In this document: positions 24,102 through 32,000 of the stretch, one piece after another | How positions within the stretch are numbered: the first letter of the stretch is position 1 | Layout of the letters: each line of letters opens with the position of its first letter | Origin: Geotalea uraniireducens Rf4 | GTDB lineage: Bacteria; Desulfobacterota; Desulfuromonadia; Geobacterales; Geobacteraceae | Direction: 5' to 3' | Assembly: GCF_000016745.1 (NCBI RefSeq) | Contig: NC_009483.1 | Coordinates: 2,850,001 to 2,882,000 of the forward strand | DNA: 32,000 bases | Program-made: the position numbers and the translations under genes | Notes under the pieces: generated by a model | The model's database searches: none | Seen by the model: the letters and a program-made list of their open reading frames with translations, nothing else | What the model was told of the DNA's origin: nothing

Positions 24102-24929
24102 TTATAGACTGAAATTAGTTGGAACAGCCTTTTCCTTCTTTATCAATCCCTGGGCCTCGGGTGACTTGATAAACTGGATGAACCGTTTGATGGCCTCGCT
24201 ACGATTTTTACCCAGGACAAGATTATAATGATGGATTATCGGCCATTGGGAGGACGCAGATACCTCCTTGCCGTCGAGCTTCAGCGCCTTGGCCTTCGCT
24301 CCCGCATCGAACAATGCAACGGTATCGATCATGCCGATAGAACCGGGCTTGGCAGTCAAAGCGGTGAACATGTCCTTTGCCTTTGGAAGCACGGCGACAT
24401 CGACTGGCTCTTTCAGCGCAGCAAAACAGGCGATCCCGCGGCGTACGGCAATCTTGGTGGAATCCGCTTCGGGCCTGGACAGAACGACTATCGGTGCATC
24501 TGCCCCACCCACCTGCTTCCAGTTTTTGATCTTGCCTGAATAGATGTCGCATATTTGCTGACTGGTTACAGCTTTTACCGGCACAGAACTATTCACCGCA
24601 AAAAGACCGGGCATGACGGCAATTTCATACGCCTTGACCGGAAGCGCTTTTTCAGAGCGGTCCAGATCGCGTGCCGACATGGCGATATCAATGGCGCCGT
24701 TGTTGACGGCCATTACCCCGCCCACTTGACCAAGAGATTTTTGATTAACCTCAACCGTATCCTGGGGATATTTTTTCATGTATGCTTTTCCCAGTTCGGT
24801 TATCAGCGGGATCATGCTTCCCGAACCTGCCAGCGTGATGTTTTCGGCTTGTGCAGCCAGAGGGGTTAATAACAGCATTGAAATCATGAGCGCAACACAC
24901 AAGTTTTTCATTCGGTCTCCTTTGTTCAT
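24102..24929 (-). CDS. PstS-family (PBP-like) periplasmic substrate-binding protein
   Basis: Signal peptide (LLLTPLAAQA). LAGSGSMIPLITELGKAYMKKYP is typical of phosphate-binding-like PBPs. Lies 12 nt upstream of the MCP. Confidence 0.7.
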   Translation of the reverse strand: MNKGDRMKNLCVALMISMLLLTPLAAQAENITLAGSGSMIPLITELGKAYMKKYPQDTVEVNQKSLGQVGGVMAVNNGAIDIAMSARDLDRSEKALPVKAYEIAVMPGLFAVNSSVPVKAVTSQQICDIYSGKIKNWKQVGGADAPIVVLSRPEADSTKIAVRRGIACFAALKEPVDVAVLPKAKDMFTALTAKPGSIGMIDTVALFDAGAKAKALKLDGKEVSASSQWPIIHHYNLVLGKNRSEAIKRFIQFIKSPEAQGLIKKEKAVPTNFSL

Positions 24930-25036
24930 GTTTAGAGTAATGCCGGAACTTCACATGGAAGCAATCTCCCGCAAGTCGGCCGCAACTTCAGCGAGACGAT
25001 AATCAGGCAAAAATGGATTGGGAGTTTAAAATGGAA

Positions 25037-25630
25037 TTATTTGGCGATGATGCTGGTGAATTTTGCCAAATAGTCTATACCGGACCAAATTGTGATGACA
25101 GTGGCGATCCAGAGATAAAAGATTCCGATATTATGCATGTTCACAGTAAGCAGCGGGTGATTAACGGCAAAAAACCAATGATAGTCGTAGTGGAGCAACA
25201 AACCGAGAATGGCCACAATCTGGAAAATCGTCTTGAATTTACCCAGATTGCTTGCAGGTATCACAATTCCTTCGGTGGAGGCGAGGCCTCGCAAGCCGGT
25301 AATGATGATCTCCCGGCCTAAAATTACCAGCACCATCCAGGCTGGAACACGATTGAACGGAAGCAGCATGATAAGCGCCGCCATAACTATCAGTTTATCT
25401 GCTATCGGGTCGAGGAATTTGCCGAAAACTGTTTCTATGCCCATGCGTCTGGCCAGATAACCGTCAAGCCAATCGGTTATGGAGGCAATGGCAAACAGTG
25501 CAGCAGCCCAAAATCCCGCCTCTTTGGAAGGGGAAAGAAGGAGCACCACCAGAAGTGGAATGGCGGCTATACGAAGTAAAGTGAGAATGTTGGGAAGATT
25601 AAGAATTGGGGATTTGGTGGCAGTGGACAT
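25037..25630 (-). CDS. pgsA: CDP-diacylglycerol--glycerol-3-phosphate 3-phosphatidyltransferase
   Basis: CDP-alcohol phosphatidyltransferase motif DWLDGYLARRMGIETVFGKFLDPIADK. Multi-transmembrane, 197 aa. Confidence 0.8.
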   Translation of the reverse strand: MSTATKSPILNLPNILTLLRIAAIPLLVVLLLSPSKEAGFWAAALFAIASITDWLDGYLARRMGIETVFGKFLDPIADKLIVMAALIMLLPFNRVPAWMVLVILGREIIITGLRGLASTEGIVIPASNLGKFKTIFQIVAILGLLLHYDYHWFFAVNHPLLTVNMHNIGIFYLWIATVITIWSGIDYLAKFTSIIAK

Positions 25631-25645
25631 GAACGGGCCTTTGAT

Positions 25646-26248
25646 TTATTTGTAGTTTTTCTTGTAATTCAGCACCTTGGCAACGTAATTGCGGGTTTCT
25701 TCGTAGGGAGGAACTCCCCCGAATTTGGCTACCTTGCTGAGACCGGAATTATATGCTGCCAGGGCCAGCGCTTCATCACCCTTAAAGGTATTAAGAAGAA
25801 ATTTTAAATAACGCACCCCACCGCGAATATTCTCGGCTGGATCGAGAGAGTTGGTCACCTTCAGGTCCTGGGCTGTTTTCGGCATGAGTTGCATGAGACC
25901 TCTGGCCCCTTTGGGGGAAACGGCAGTCGGGTTATATCCGGACTCCGCGTGGATGACAGCCTTGACCAGTGATTTATCCACACCGTATTCGAGGGCGCAG
26001 GCGTTGATTATCGGTTCGAATTCTTCCGGATTTCTTGCACATCCGGCGAGTCTGAACGTGGTACGAAGTTTCCTGTCCTTTTTCAGATCACGCATAAATA
26101 CTTTAAAGCGCTTGTCGGTCGGGGCATCGGTGAAATGCAGAACCCCTTCTTCATCTTCGTACTTGTATATGTCTGCAAAAGACGAAATAGCAGTGAAAGT
26201 AACCAACAACATGGCATAGCACATCAACAGTTGTTTCTTCATCTGCAT
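25646..26248 (-). CDS. Lytic transglycosylase (SLT domain) with a DUF4124-like N-terminus
   Basis: ESGYNPTAVSPKGARGLMQLMPKTA plus AYNSG are SLT motifs. Signal peptide present. Confidence 0.8.
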   Translation of the reverse strand: MQMKKQLLMCYAMLLVTFTAISSFADIYKYEDEEGVLHFTDAPTDKRFKVFMRDLKKDRKLRTTFRLAGCARNPEEFEPIINACALEYGVDKSLVKAVIHAESGYNPTAVSPKGARGLMQLMPKTAQDLKVTNSLDPAENIRGGVRYLKFLLNTFKGDEALALAAYNSGLSKVAKFGGVPPYEETRNYVAKVLNYKKNYK

Positions 26249-26439
26249 TATCCCTCTTTACATCGCGCATCGACACTTATAACAACCTGTTAATGTATAT
26301 AGACCATAACCAGTGATAATTCAAGCGTTAATGTCTGGTGATTCTCGATAACATGTTAAAATGCCTTGACAAAATGCAAGTGGGAGTAAATAATTCGCCC
26401 ATTGGAGCAAGGACGTTATAAGCCTTATCGGAGGGTAAC

Positions 26440-28035
26440 ATGAAGGTTGATAGTGATTTCCTGGTAATCGGCAGCGGCATTGCAGGCCTATCATTTGCTT
26501 TGCAGGCAGCAGACCATGGCAAAGTGGCACTCATTACCAAGAGGGAAATAACCGAATCTGCAACTAATTATGCCCAAGGCGGGATTGCAACGGTATCATC
26601 TAAAGAGGATACCTTCGATGCCCATGTGGAGGATACGCTGATTGCGGGCGCAGGAATCTGCCACGAGGACGTTGTCAGAATGGTGGTCGAGGAAGGCCCC
26701 AAGGTAATCCGCAGCCTTATTGACTGGGGGGTGAAGTTCACCACGAGCGGCGATGCCTACGATCTGACCAGAGAAGGTGGTCATAGCCAGAGACGAATCC
26801 TCCATGCAGAAGACATAACTGGTCGTGAAATCGAACGGGCACTTGTGGCAGCCGCCAAAGCCCACAAGAACATCGATATTTATGAGCACCACATTGCTAT
26901 CGACCTGATAACCGAATCAAAAATCCTGCGCAAGCGACTTAAGCCTAACCGTTGTATCGGCGCACACGTTCTCGATATTGCCAGCGGCGACATCAAGACT
27001 TGCAAAGCCAAGATTACCCTCCTGGCGTCAGGTGGCGCTGGCAAAGTCTATCTTTACACCTGCAACCCCGATGTGGCCACCGGAGACGGCGTAGCCATGG
27101 CCTATCGCGCCGGAGCAACCATTGCCAACATGGAATTCATGCAATTCCACCCCACCACCCTCTACCACCCAAATGCAAAGTCTTTTCTTATCTCCGAGGC
27201 GGTACGGGGTGAAGGGGCGATCCTCCGCCGCCGCGACGGCACCGCTTTCATGGAAAAATACCATAAACTGAAGGACCTGGCCCCGCGTGACATCGTGGCC
27301 CGCGCCATTGACAATGAAATGAAAACCTACGGCGACGACTGCGTCTTTCTCGACATAACCCACAAAGACCCCGAATACGTGAAAAGCCGTTTCCCCAATA
27401 TTTACCAAACCTGCCTGGAATATGGTCTGGACATGACAAGGGAAGGTTTGCCCGTTGTGCCGGCAGCCCACTATCTTTGCGGTGGAGTTGCAGTCGATAC
27501 CAACGCTGAAACAGATATCCAGCATCTCTATGCCATCGGCGAGGTTGCCTTTACCGGCCTCCATGGCGCCAACCGCCTGGCCAGCAACTCACTACTCGAA
27601 GCCGCAGTATATGCCGGCCGTGCCTATGCACACGCTATCGAGCAACTACATGCACACAAATTTGAATTTCCTGAAATTCCCACCTGGGATTCCAGTACCG
27701 CTACTAATAGTGATGAAATGGTGGTCGTATCGCAAAACTGGGACGAAATCCGCAGATTCATGTGGAATTATGTGGGAATCGTCCGCTCCGACAAGCGACT
27801 GGAACGCGCCATGCGCCGGATCAAGCTGATTCAGGACGAGATTGAGGACTACTACTGGAATTTCATCGTCACCTCGGACCTGATCGAGTTGCGCAACATT
27901 GCTACGGTGGCAGAGCTTATTGTGACATGCGCCCAGCAACGCAAAGAATCACGAGGACTCCACTATAATATCGACTACCCTGGCCGAGACGATATCCATT
28001 GGCAAAGGGATACCTTTGTAAAAAAGCAGTTTTAA
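26440..28035 (+). CDS. nadB: L-aspartate oxidase
   Basis: FAD fold [16 protein letters not shown]. Fumarate reductase/succinate dehydrogenase flavoprotein-like core (HPT..., RGEG..., ESRGLHY). 531 aa is typical of NadB. Confidence 0.85.
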   Translation: MKVDSDFLVIGSGIAGLSFALQAADHGKVALITKREITESATNYAQGGIATVSSKEDTFDAHVEDTLIAGAGICHEDVVRMVVEEGPKVIRSLIDWGVKFTTSGDAYDLTREGGHSQRRILHAEDITGREIERALVAAAKAHKNIDIYEHHIAIDLITESKILRKRLKPNRCIGAHVLDIASGDIKTCKAKITLLASGGAGKVYLYTCNPDVATGDGVAMAYRAGATIANMEFMQFHPTTLYHPNAKSFLISEAVRGEGAILRRRDGTAFMEKYHKLKDLAPRDIVARAIDNEMKTYGDDCVFLDITHKDPEYVKSRFPNIYQTCLEYGLDMTREGLPVVPAAHYLCGGVAVDTNAETDIQHLYAIGEVAFTGLHGANRLASNSLLEAAVYAGRAYAHAIEQLHAHKFEFPEIPTWDSSTATNSDEMVVVSQNWDEIRRFMWNYVGIVRSDKRLERAMRRIKLIQDEIEDYYWNFIVTSDLIELRNIATVAELIVTCAQQRKESRGLHYNIDYPGRDDIHWQRDTFVKKQF

Positions 28036-28071
28036 TTTCAGGCGCAAAATAACAACCCGACCGGGGACTTC

Positions 28072-28347
28072 ATGAACATTGACAATTTAAGAGAGCAAAT
28101 AGACAATCTCGACAGCGAACTGCTGCGAATCTTCAATGAACGGGCTAATCTTGCGCTGAAAATTGGCGAAATCAAAAAAGGGCTTGCTCTCCCGGTCTAC
28201 GACCCATCCCGAGAAAAGAAGATTTTTAAGCGGATGCAAGAGGAAAATCCAGGTCCCTTGGACGATCAGGCAATTGTCAGGCTGTTCGAACGGGTTATCG
28301 ATGAATCGCGAAGACTGGAAAGGATTATGACCAGCAGGGAACTATGA
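28072..28347 (+). CDS. Chorismate mutase (AroQ type, 91 aa)
   Basis: LREQIDNLDSELLRIFNERANLALKIGEIKK...VYDPSREKKIF is the CM_2 helix pattern. Confidence 0.75.
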   Translation: MNIDNLREQIDNLDSELLRIFNERANLALKIGEIKKGLALPVYDPSREKKIFKRMQEENPGPLDDQAIVRLFERVIDESRRLERIMTSREL

Positions 28348-28369
28348 CACTGCCAAGGAGGACGAACGG

Positions 28370-28579
28370 GTGTTGATAATCATGAAGCAAAACGCCAAAG
28401 ACCTGGCACAGGTCCATATTAAGGAGTATCTGATCAACAGGAATTTCGATATTCACCAGTCGACCGGGGCAAACCGGGTCATTATCGGAGTTATCGGCGA
28501 CACGGATAAACTTGAAGCCGCAGAGTTGGAAAAGATGCCGGGAGTGCTTCAGGTTATAAGGATCAACAAAGAGGAATGA
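28370..28579 (+). CDS. Stand-alone ferredoxin/ACT-like domain resembling the N-terminal regulatory domain of type I-beta DAHP synthases
   Basis: NRVIIGVIGDTDKL...VLQVIRINK resembles the remembered Thermotoga-type DAH7PS N-domain (ERTVIGIIGD...VVRVLK). AAGGAGG RBS upstream of the GTG start. No catalytic barrel follows. Confidence 0.5.
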   Translation: MLIIMKQNAKDLAQVHIKEYLINRNFDIHQSTGANRVIIGVIGDTDKLEAAELEKMPGVLQVIRINKEE

Positions 28580-28597
28580 GTAAATTGGCTTGAGCCG

Positions 28598-28775
28598 CCT
28601 TCTATTCTAAAAACGGCATTTGAACCGCAAAGACGCCAAGAACGCGAAGAAAATCAATACATTTGATACAGAAAACCTTCTTACCCAAAAGGTGATCACA
28701 GGCTGTTTATTAACTCTTTGATTTCTTTGCGAACTTTGCGGCTTTGCGGTAATGAACTGCTTTTTCTAGGATAAA
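28598..28775. repeat. Long imperfect palindrome (about 180 bp), REP/MITE-like
   Basis: accgcaaagacgccaagaacgcgaagaaaatc (28624-28655) pairs with gatttctttgcgaactttgcggctttgcggt (28720-28750). Flanking ttctaaaaacggcatttgaa / ttcattaccg...ctttttctagga extend the pairing. Confidence 0.7.
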
Positions 28776-28823
28776 TATCCAAAACACATTTGCATTGCCG
28801 CTTTCATCCCCCTATCCACAAAC

Positions 28824-28868
28824 AAAAAGCCGCCCGTCAACTTTACGCTGACAAAGGCGGCTTTTTAT
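28824..28868. terminator. Bidirectional rho-independent terminator between convergent genes
   Basis: aaaaagccgcc (28824-34), loop, ggcggcttttt (28856-66). Confidence 0.7.
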
Positions 28869-28896
28869 TATGCTCTGAAGTGTTCTCGTATCTATA

Positions 28897-29652
28897 CTAG
28901 CGAGGCATAGCGCAGTACATGTTGCCGTAAGGACGCTTGCTCTTGGGGAGTATCTTGACAAATTTTTCCCGCATGATTTCTTTAAAGTCCAGTTTAAAGT
29001 CCTTGCTGAATTCCTGAAGATATCCCTCCAGTTCTTGCCGATCCTCAGGGGTCAGGTCGAACACGCCGACTTCACTGGAAAGTTTCGCTTCATCCACTCC
29101 GCCACGGACATAGATAACCCCGCCGTGCATACCGGTGCCGAAACGGAAACCGTGCTTCGACTTTTCGGGCGCATCGGTGAACATGCCGAGCAGGACGAGC
29201 ACCCCGCCGGCCATGTATTCGCCGAAGAAGTCTCCTGCCTTGCCGCCCGCCACGAGCACCGGCTTGTTGTCCTGATAGGATTTCATATGGATGCCTACCC
29301 GGTAGCCGACATCTTTCAAGATGTGGATGCGGCCGCCGCGCATGCCGTAACCGAGCACGTCGCCCGCATGGCCATGCACCACCACCTTGCCGGCATTCAT
29401 GGTGTTGCCGATGTTGTCCTGGCCGTTGTCCCTGACAATGATCGTGGCGCCGTTCATGAAAGCCCCCAGGTCATTGCCCGGCACACCGTTAACCGTAATG
29501 GTGACCGGCTTGTTGATACCATCGCCGATAAAGTACTGGCCGTTGACATTGACCAGGTCAATTTTATCAGCACCGCCAGCAACCGCCTCACGGATTTTTG
29601 TATTCAGATCTCTGTAATATACGCCCTGTGCGTCGATTTTCATGGTAAACAC
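28897..29652 (-). CDS. Glutamate synthase alpha-subunit C-terminal (GXGXG) domain protein
   Basis: Repeated beta-helix G-x-G-x-G pattern (GDGINKP..., GHAGDVLGYGMRGG..., GGKAGDFFGEYMAGG...). 251 aa. Confidence 0.75.
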   Translation of the reverse strand: MFTMKIDAQGVYYRDLNTKIREAVAGGADKIDLVNVNGQYFIGDGINKPVTITVNGVPGNDLGAFMNGATIIVRDNGQDNIGNTMNAGKVVVHGHAGDVLGYGMRGGRIHILKDVGYRVGIHMKSYQDNKPVLVAGGKAGDFFGEYMAGGVLVLLGMFTDAPEKSKHGFRFGTGMHGGVIYVRGGVDEAKLSSEVGVFDLTPEDRQELEGYLQEFSKDFKLDFKEIMREKFVKILPKSKRPYGNMYCAMPR

Positions 29653-29660
29653 CTCTAAAG

Positions 29661-29735
29661 TTAAAGTTCAATGTTCAACGTTCAATGTTCAATGTTTTAA
29701 AACCTTGAACCTCGAACTTAGAACCTTGAACCTGG
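29661..29735. repeat. Low-complexity inverted tandem repeats (gttcaaYg x4 facing cttgaacc x4)
   Basis: gttcaatgttcaacgttcaatgttcaatgtt / aaccttgaacctcgaacttagaaccttgaacct fill the whole intergenic spacer. Confidence 0.8.
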
Positions 29736-29736
29736 T

Positions 29737-30852
29737 TCAAAATACTCCCGGATTCAGCTTGGCAATGACCGGCTCTCCGCCGCGGGGAGACCAGACATGA
29801 TCGGGGGCGGGACATATCTCACGGATGGCAGCCTCTTCCGAAGCCATGTAGACGAAGTCATCCTTGGTGGCGCAGACCAGCGGCCGGAGCTTGACCCGGT
29901 CGTTGAGGCCGATCAGCCCCTCATTGCTGGCGAAGAGGATGGCAAATGGGCCGTTGAGAAGGCCACTGCCGTACACCTGGCGAATAGCGGTCAGCAACTG
30001 GCGTTCGTCTTCCGGCAACGTGTCGATCATGTCCCAGAACGGCGCTGCGAGGGCCATGCTCGCAAGTTCAGGCGTCAGGCCGTGCTTTCTTATCAAAAGG
30101 TCGAGCATGTAGGCCACCACCTCGGTGTCGGTGAGCATGGTGCAGAGGTAGCCGTACATCTCCAGGTAACGCTTGTTAATGCCATAGGAGGAAATTTCCC
30201 CGTTGTGGACAATGGACCAGTCAAGCAGGGTAAAGGGGTGTGCGCCCCCCCACCAGCCGGGTGTGTTGGTCGGGAAACGGTTGTGGGCTGTCCAGATATA
30301 ACCCTTGTATTCTTCCAGGCGGAAGAAGTCGGCGATCTCTTCGGGATAGCCGACACCCTTGAACGCCCCCATGTTCTTGCCCGAGGAAACGACAAATGCG
30401 CCTTCGATCTCGTTGTTTATGCGCATGACATGACCGACGATCACGTCCTCGACGGTCATGTTCTGGAATTCGACAGCCTCTTTGTAATCGGCAGTCTCAA
30501 GCGGCTTGACGAAATAACGCTTGAAGACGGGCGGATTGGCAATGGCGGCAATGCGGCGGGTCGGAATATCCTCCTGCTGTTCGACGAAGAAATGTTCTTC
30601 GAGATACTCCTCGGTCAGTTGCAGGGCCATGCCGCTCTCGTACATCAGGTGAAAGGCAAAAAACTCCTTATAGTCCGGGTAAATGCCATAGGCGGCAAAA
30701 CCTCCACCCAAGCCGTTGCCGCGGTCATGCATAAGGGTGATCGACTTGATGATCACTTCCCCTTCAACCAGTTTTCCCGTCTTGGATATAAATCCGGTCA
30801 AACCGCAGTTTGAAATGTCTTTCTCAAATATATGGGTCGGTTGTCTTTTCAT
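29737..30852 (-). CDS. Class II (Ntn) glutamine amidotransferase domain protein, GltB N-terminal-like
   Basis: Candidate nucleophile Cys in DISNCGLTGF, then the GATase_2 core (HNRFPTNT..., HNGEISSYG). 371 aa. Confidence 0.75.
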   Translation of the reverse strand: MKRQPTHIFEKDISNCGLTGFISKTGKLVEGEVIIKSITLMHDRGNGLGGGFAAYGIYPDYKEFFAFHLMYESGMALQLTEEYLEEHFFVEQQEDIPTRRIAAIANPPVFKRYFVKPLETADYKEAVEFQNMTVEDVIVGHVMRINNEIEGAFVVSSGKNMGAFKGVGYPEEIADFFRLEEYKGYIWTAHNRFPTNTPGWWGGAHPFTLLDWSIVHNGEISSYGINKRYLEMYGYLCTMLTDTEVVAYMLDLLIRKHGLTPELASMALAAPFWDMIDTLPEDERQLLTAIRQVYGSGLLNGPFAILFASNEGLIGLNDRVKLRPLVCATKDDFVYMASEEAAIREICPAPDHVWSPRGGEPVIAKLNPGVF

Positions 30853-30880
30853 GAGATTATGGTTCTCCGATTAACTAAAA

Positions 30881-30942
30881 GGTACGAGGTACGAGGATCA
30901 AGAAAAAGTAGTCTCTCTTCCTCGCTCCTTTAACCTCGCTCC
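30881..30942. repeat. Low-complexity inverted tandem repeats (ggtacgagg x2 facing cctcgctcc x2)
   Basis: ggtacgaggtacgagg (30881-96) and cctcgctcctttaacctcgctcc (30920-42). Confidence 0.7.
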
Positions 30943-30954
30943 TACAGCCTGTTT

Positions 30955-32000
30955 TTAAGCTACTTTCCCTTGCGGCGCAAAAAGGGTGCTGCGAATCTCC
31001 CTGGTCAGATGGATGAAGCCGAAATCGACGGCCAAAAGCTTATCCTTGAAAGGAGCAACATCGATCTTCTCCCGAATCAGCCCGGCGAAGATGCCGGCCC
31101 GGTCCACTGCGCCGACAAGCACCGCTCCCATGAGGAGATTATTCTTCAGAACGATCTTGCGATACTGGTAGTTTTCCTGGTCCTGATAGGTAAGGATTTC
31201 AAACTCCTTCTCATCCGACGGATTGGTGATCCCCATGGAGATGGTCGGCACCTTGAACAGTTCGATGGAGTTCATGGCCAGCCCCCCCGCATACCCCTTA
31301 TCCTTGCCGGCCATGGACACGCCGGCCACGTCGCCCTGGATATAGGCATCCGGCCAGATCGGCATGGGATTCTTGCTTGATGTGAAAAAGTCCCGGGCCT
31401 CGGCCACGTCGCCGGCAGCGTAGATACCTTTTGCCGAGGTTTCCATCCGGTCATCGACGACAATGCCGCGGTTGACTTCCACCTTGCTCCCTTTCAGGAA
31501 GCCGGCTGCCGGGCGAACGCCGATGGCGACGATCACTGTGTCGCAAGGAATGAAGTCGCCCGATTTAAGGGTAACACCACTTATCGCAGCCCCCTCACCC
31601 TCGATCCTGACCACCGTGTCTTCGGTAATGACATCGATACCGTTGGCTTTCATCTTCTTTGCCACGATCCGTCCGGCGGTGCGGTCGAAGGCAGCGGAGA
31701 GAATCCGGTCTGCCAGCTCGACGATGGTCACCTTTTTCTCCAGTTGGTAAAGACCTTCTGCCGCCTTGAGGCCGATCAGACCGCCACCGATCACCACTAC
31801 CCGCTGGATGTCGTAGGCCAGGCCCTTCAGTTTTGCGGCGTCATCCCATGTGGTAAAGGTAAATACCTTCTCCTTGCCCGACATGCCCTCGATGGGCGGG
31901 ACAAAGGGATCGCCGCCGGTAGCGATGAGGAGCTTATCGAACGGAATAGTATCACCTGCAGCCAGCTTCACCCGCTTTTTATCGCTGTCGACACCGACCA
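30955..32000 (-). CDS. FAD/NAD(P)-dependent pyridine nucleotide-disulfide oxidoreductase, 5'-partial (runs off the window)
   Basis: Second Rossmann motif VVVIGGGLIGLKAAEG and AAGDVAE motif. The reading frame stays open to position 32000. Confidence 0.75.
   Translation of the reverse strand, partial: VGVDSDKKRVKLAAGDTIPFDKLLIATGGDPFVPPIEGMSGKEKVFTFTTWDDAAKLKGLAYDIQRVVVIGGGLIGLKAAEGLYQLEKKVTIVELADRILSAAFDRTAGRIVAKKMKANGIDVITEDTVVRIEGEGAAISGVTLKSGDFIPCDTVIVAIGVRPAAGFLKGSKVEVNRGIVVDDRMETSAKGIYAAGDVAEARDFFTSSKNPMPIWPDAYIQGDVAGVSMAGKDKGYAGGLAMNSIELFKVPTISMGITNPSDEKEFEILTYQDQENYQYRKIVLKNNLLMGAVLVGAVDRAGIFAGLIREKIDVAPFKDKLLAVDFGFIHLTREIRSTLFAPQGKVA

Noticed and set aside
26321-26540. 69-70-aa minus-strand ORFs upstream of nadB
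   Set aside because: They overlap the nadB start and promoter region, and no motifs were recognised.
29035-30813. Long plus-strand ORFs (207 aa and 338 aa) over the glt-domain genes
   Set aside because: They are antisense shadows of minus-strand genes with strong GXGXG and GATase motifs. They are rich in H/V/G/D runs typical of reverse frames.

Overview
A 32 kb window that looks like a Geobacter/Desulfuromonadales-type chromosome segment. That guess rests on gene content and sequence style only and cannot be verified here. About 1.9-21.9 kb is an accessory/defence island ending at the 3' end of a minus-strand tRNA-Cys(GCA). In order it contains: a 4-OT tautomerase; a RES-Xre toxin-antitoxin (TA) pair; a HEPN-MNT TA pair bracketed by a direct repeat; and a complete DNA phosphorothioation (PT) module, with dndA divergent from dndBCDE. 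Convergent on dndE is a tightly coupled six-gene minus-strand operon: PLD-nuclease/SF2-helicase fusion, 62-aa protein, DndD paralogue, HARE-HTH-like protein, GHKL (MORC-like) ATPase and GIY-YIG nuclease. I recognised no DndFGH-type genes. This operon is my best candidate for a non-canonical, possibly undescribed PT-linked restriction/defence system. Its last gene (GIY-YIG) is split after codon 11 by a 1408-bp IS element with a clean 6-bp target duplication. Next come a NUDIX gene flanked by about 225-bp direct repeats (one copy carries a 161-bp palindromic MITE-like insert) and tRNA-Cys. The left edge (7-1848) encodes a secreted BNR-repeat propeller protein. The right third (22-32 kb) is housekeeping: MCP plus PstS-like binding protein, pgsA, lytic transglycosylase, nadB, chorismate mutase plus a stand-alone ACT-like domain, and split glutamate-synthase-domain genes separated by odd low-complexity hairpins. 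All functional calls come from motif recognition by eye in the supplied translations. No searches were run.
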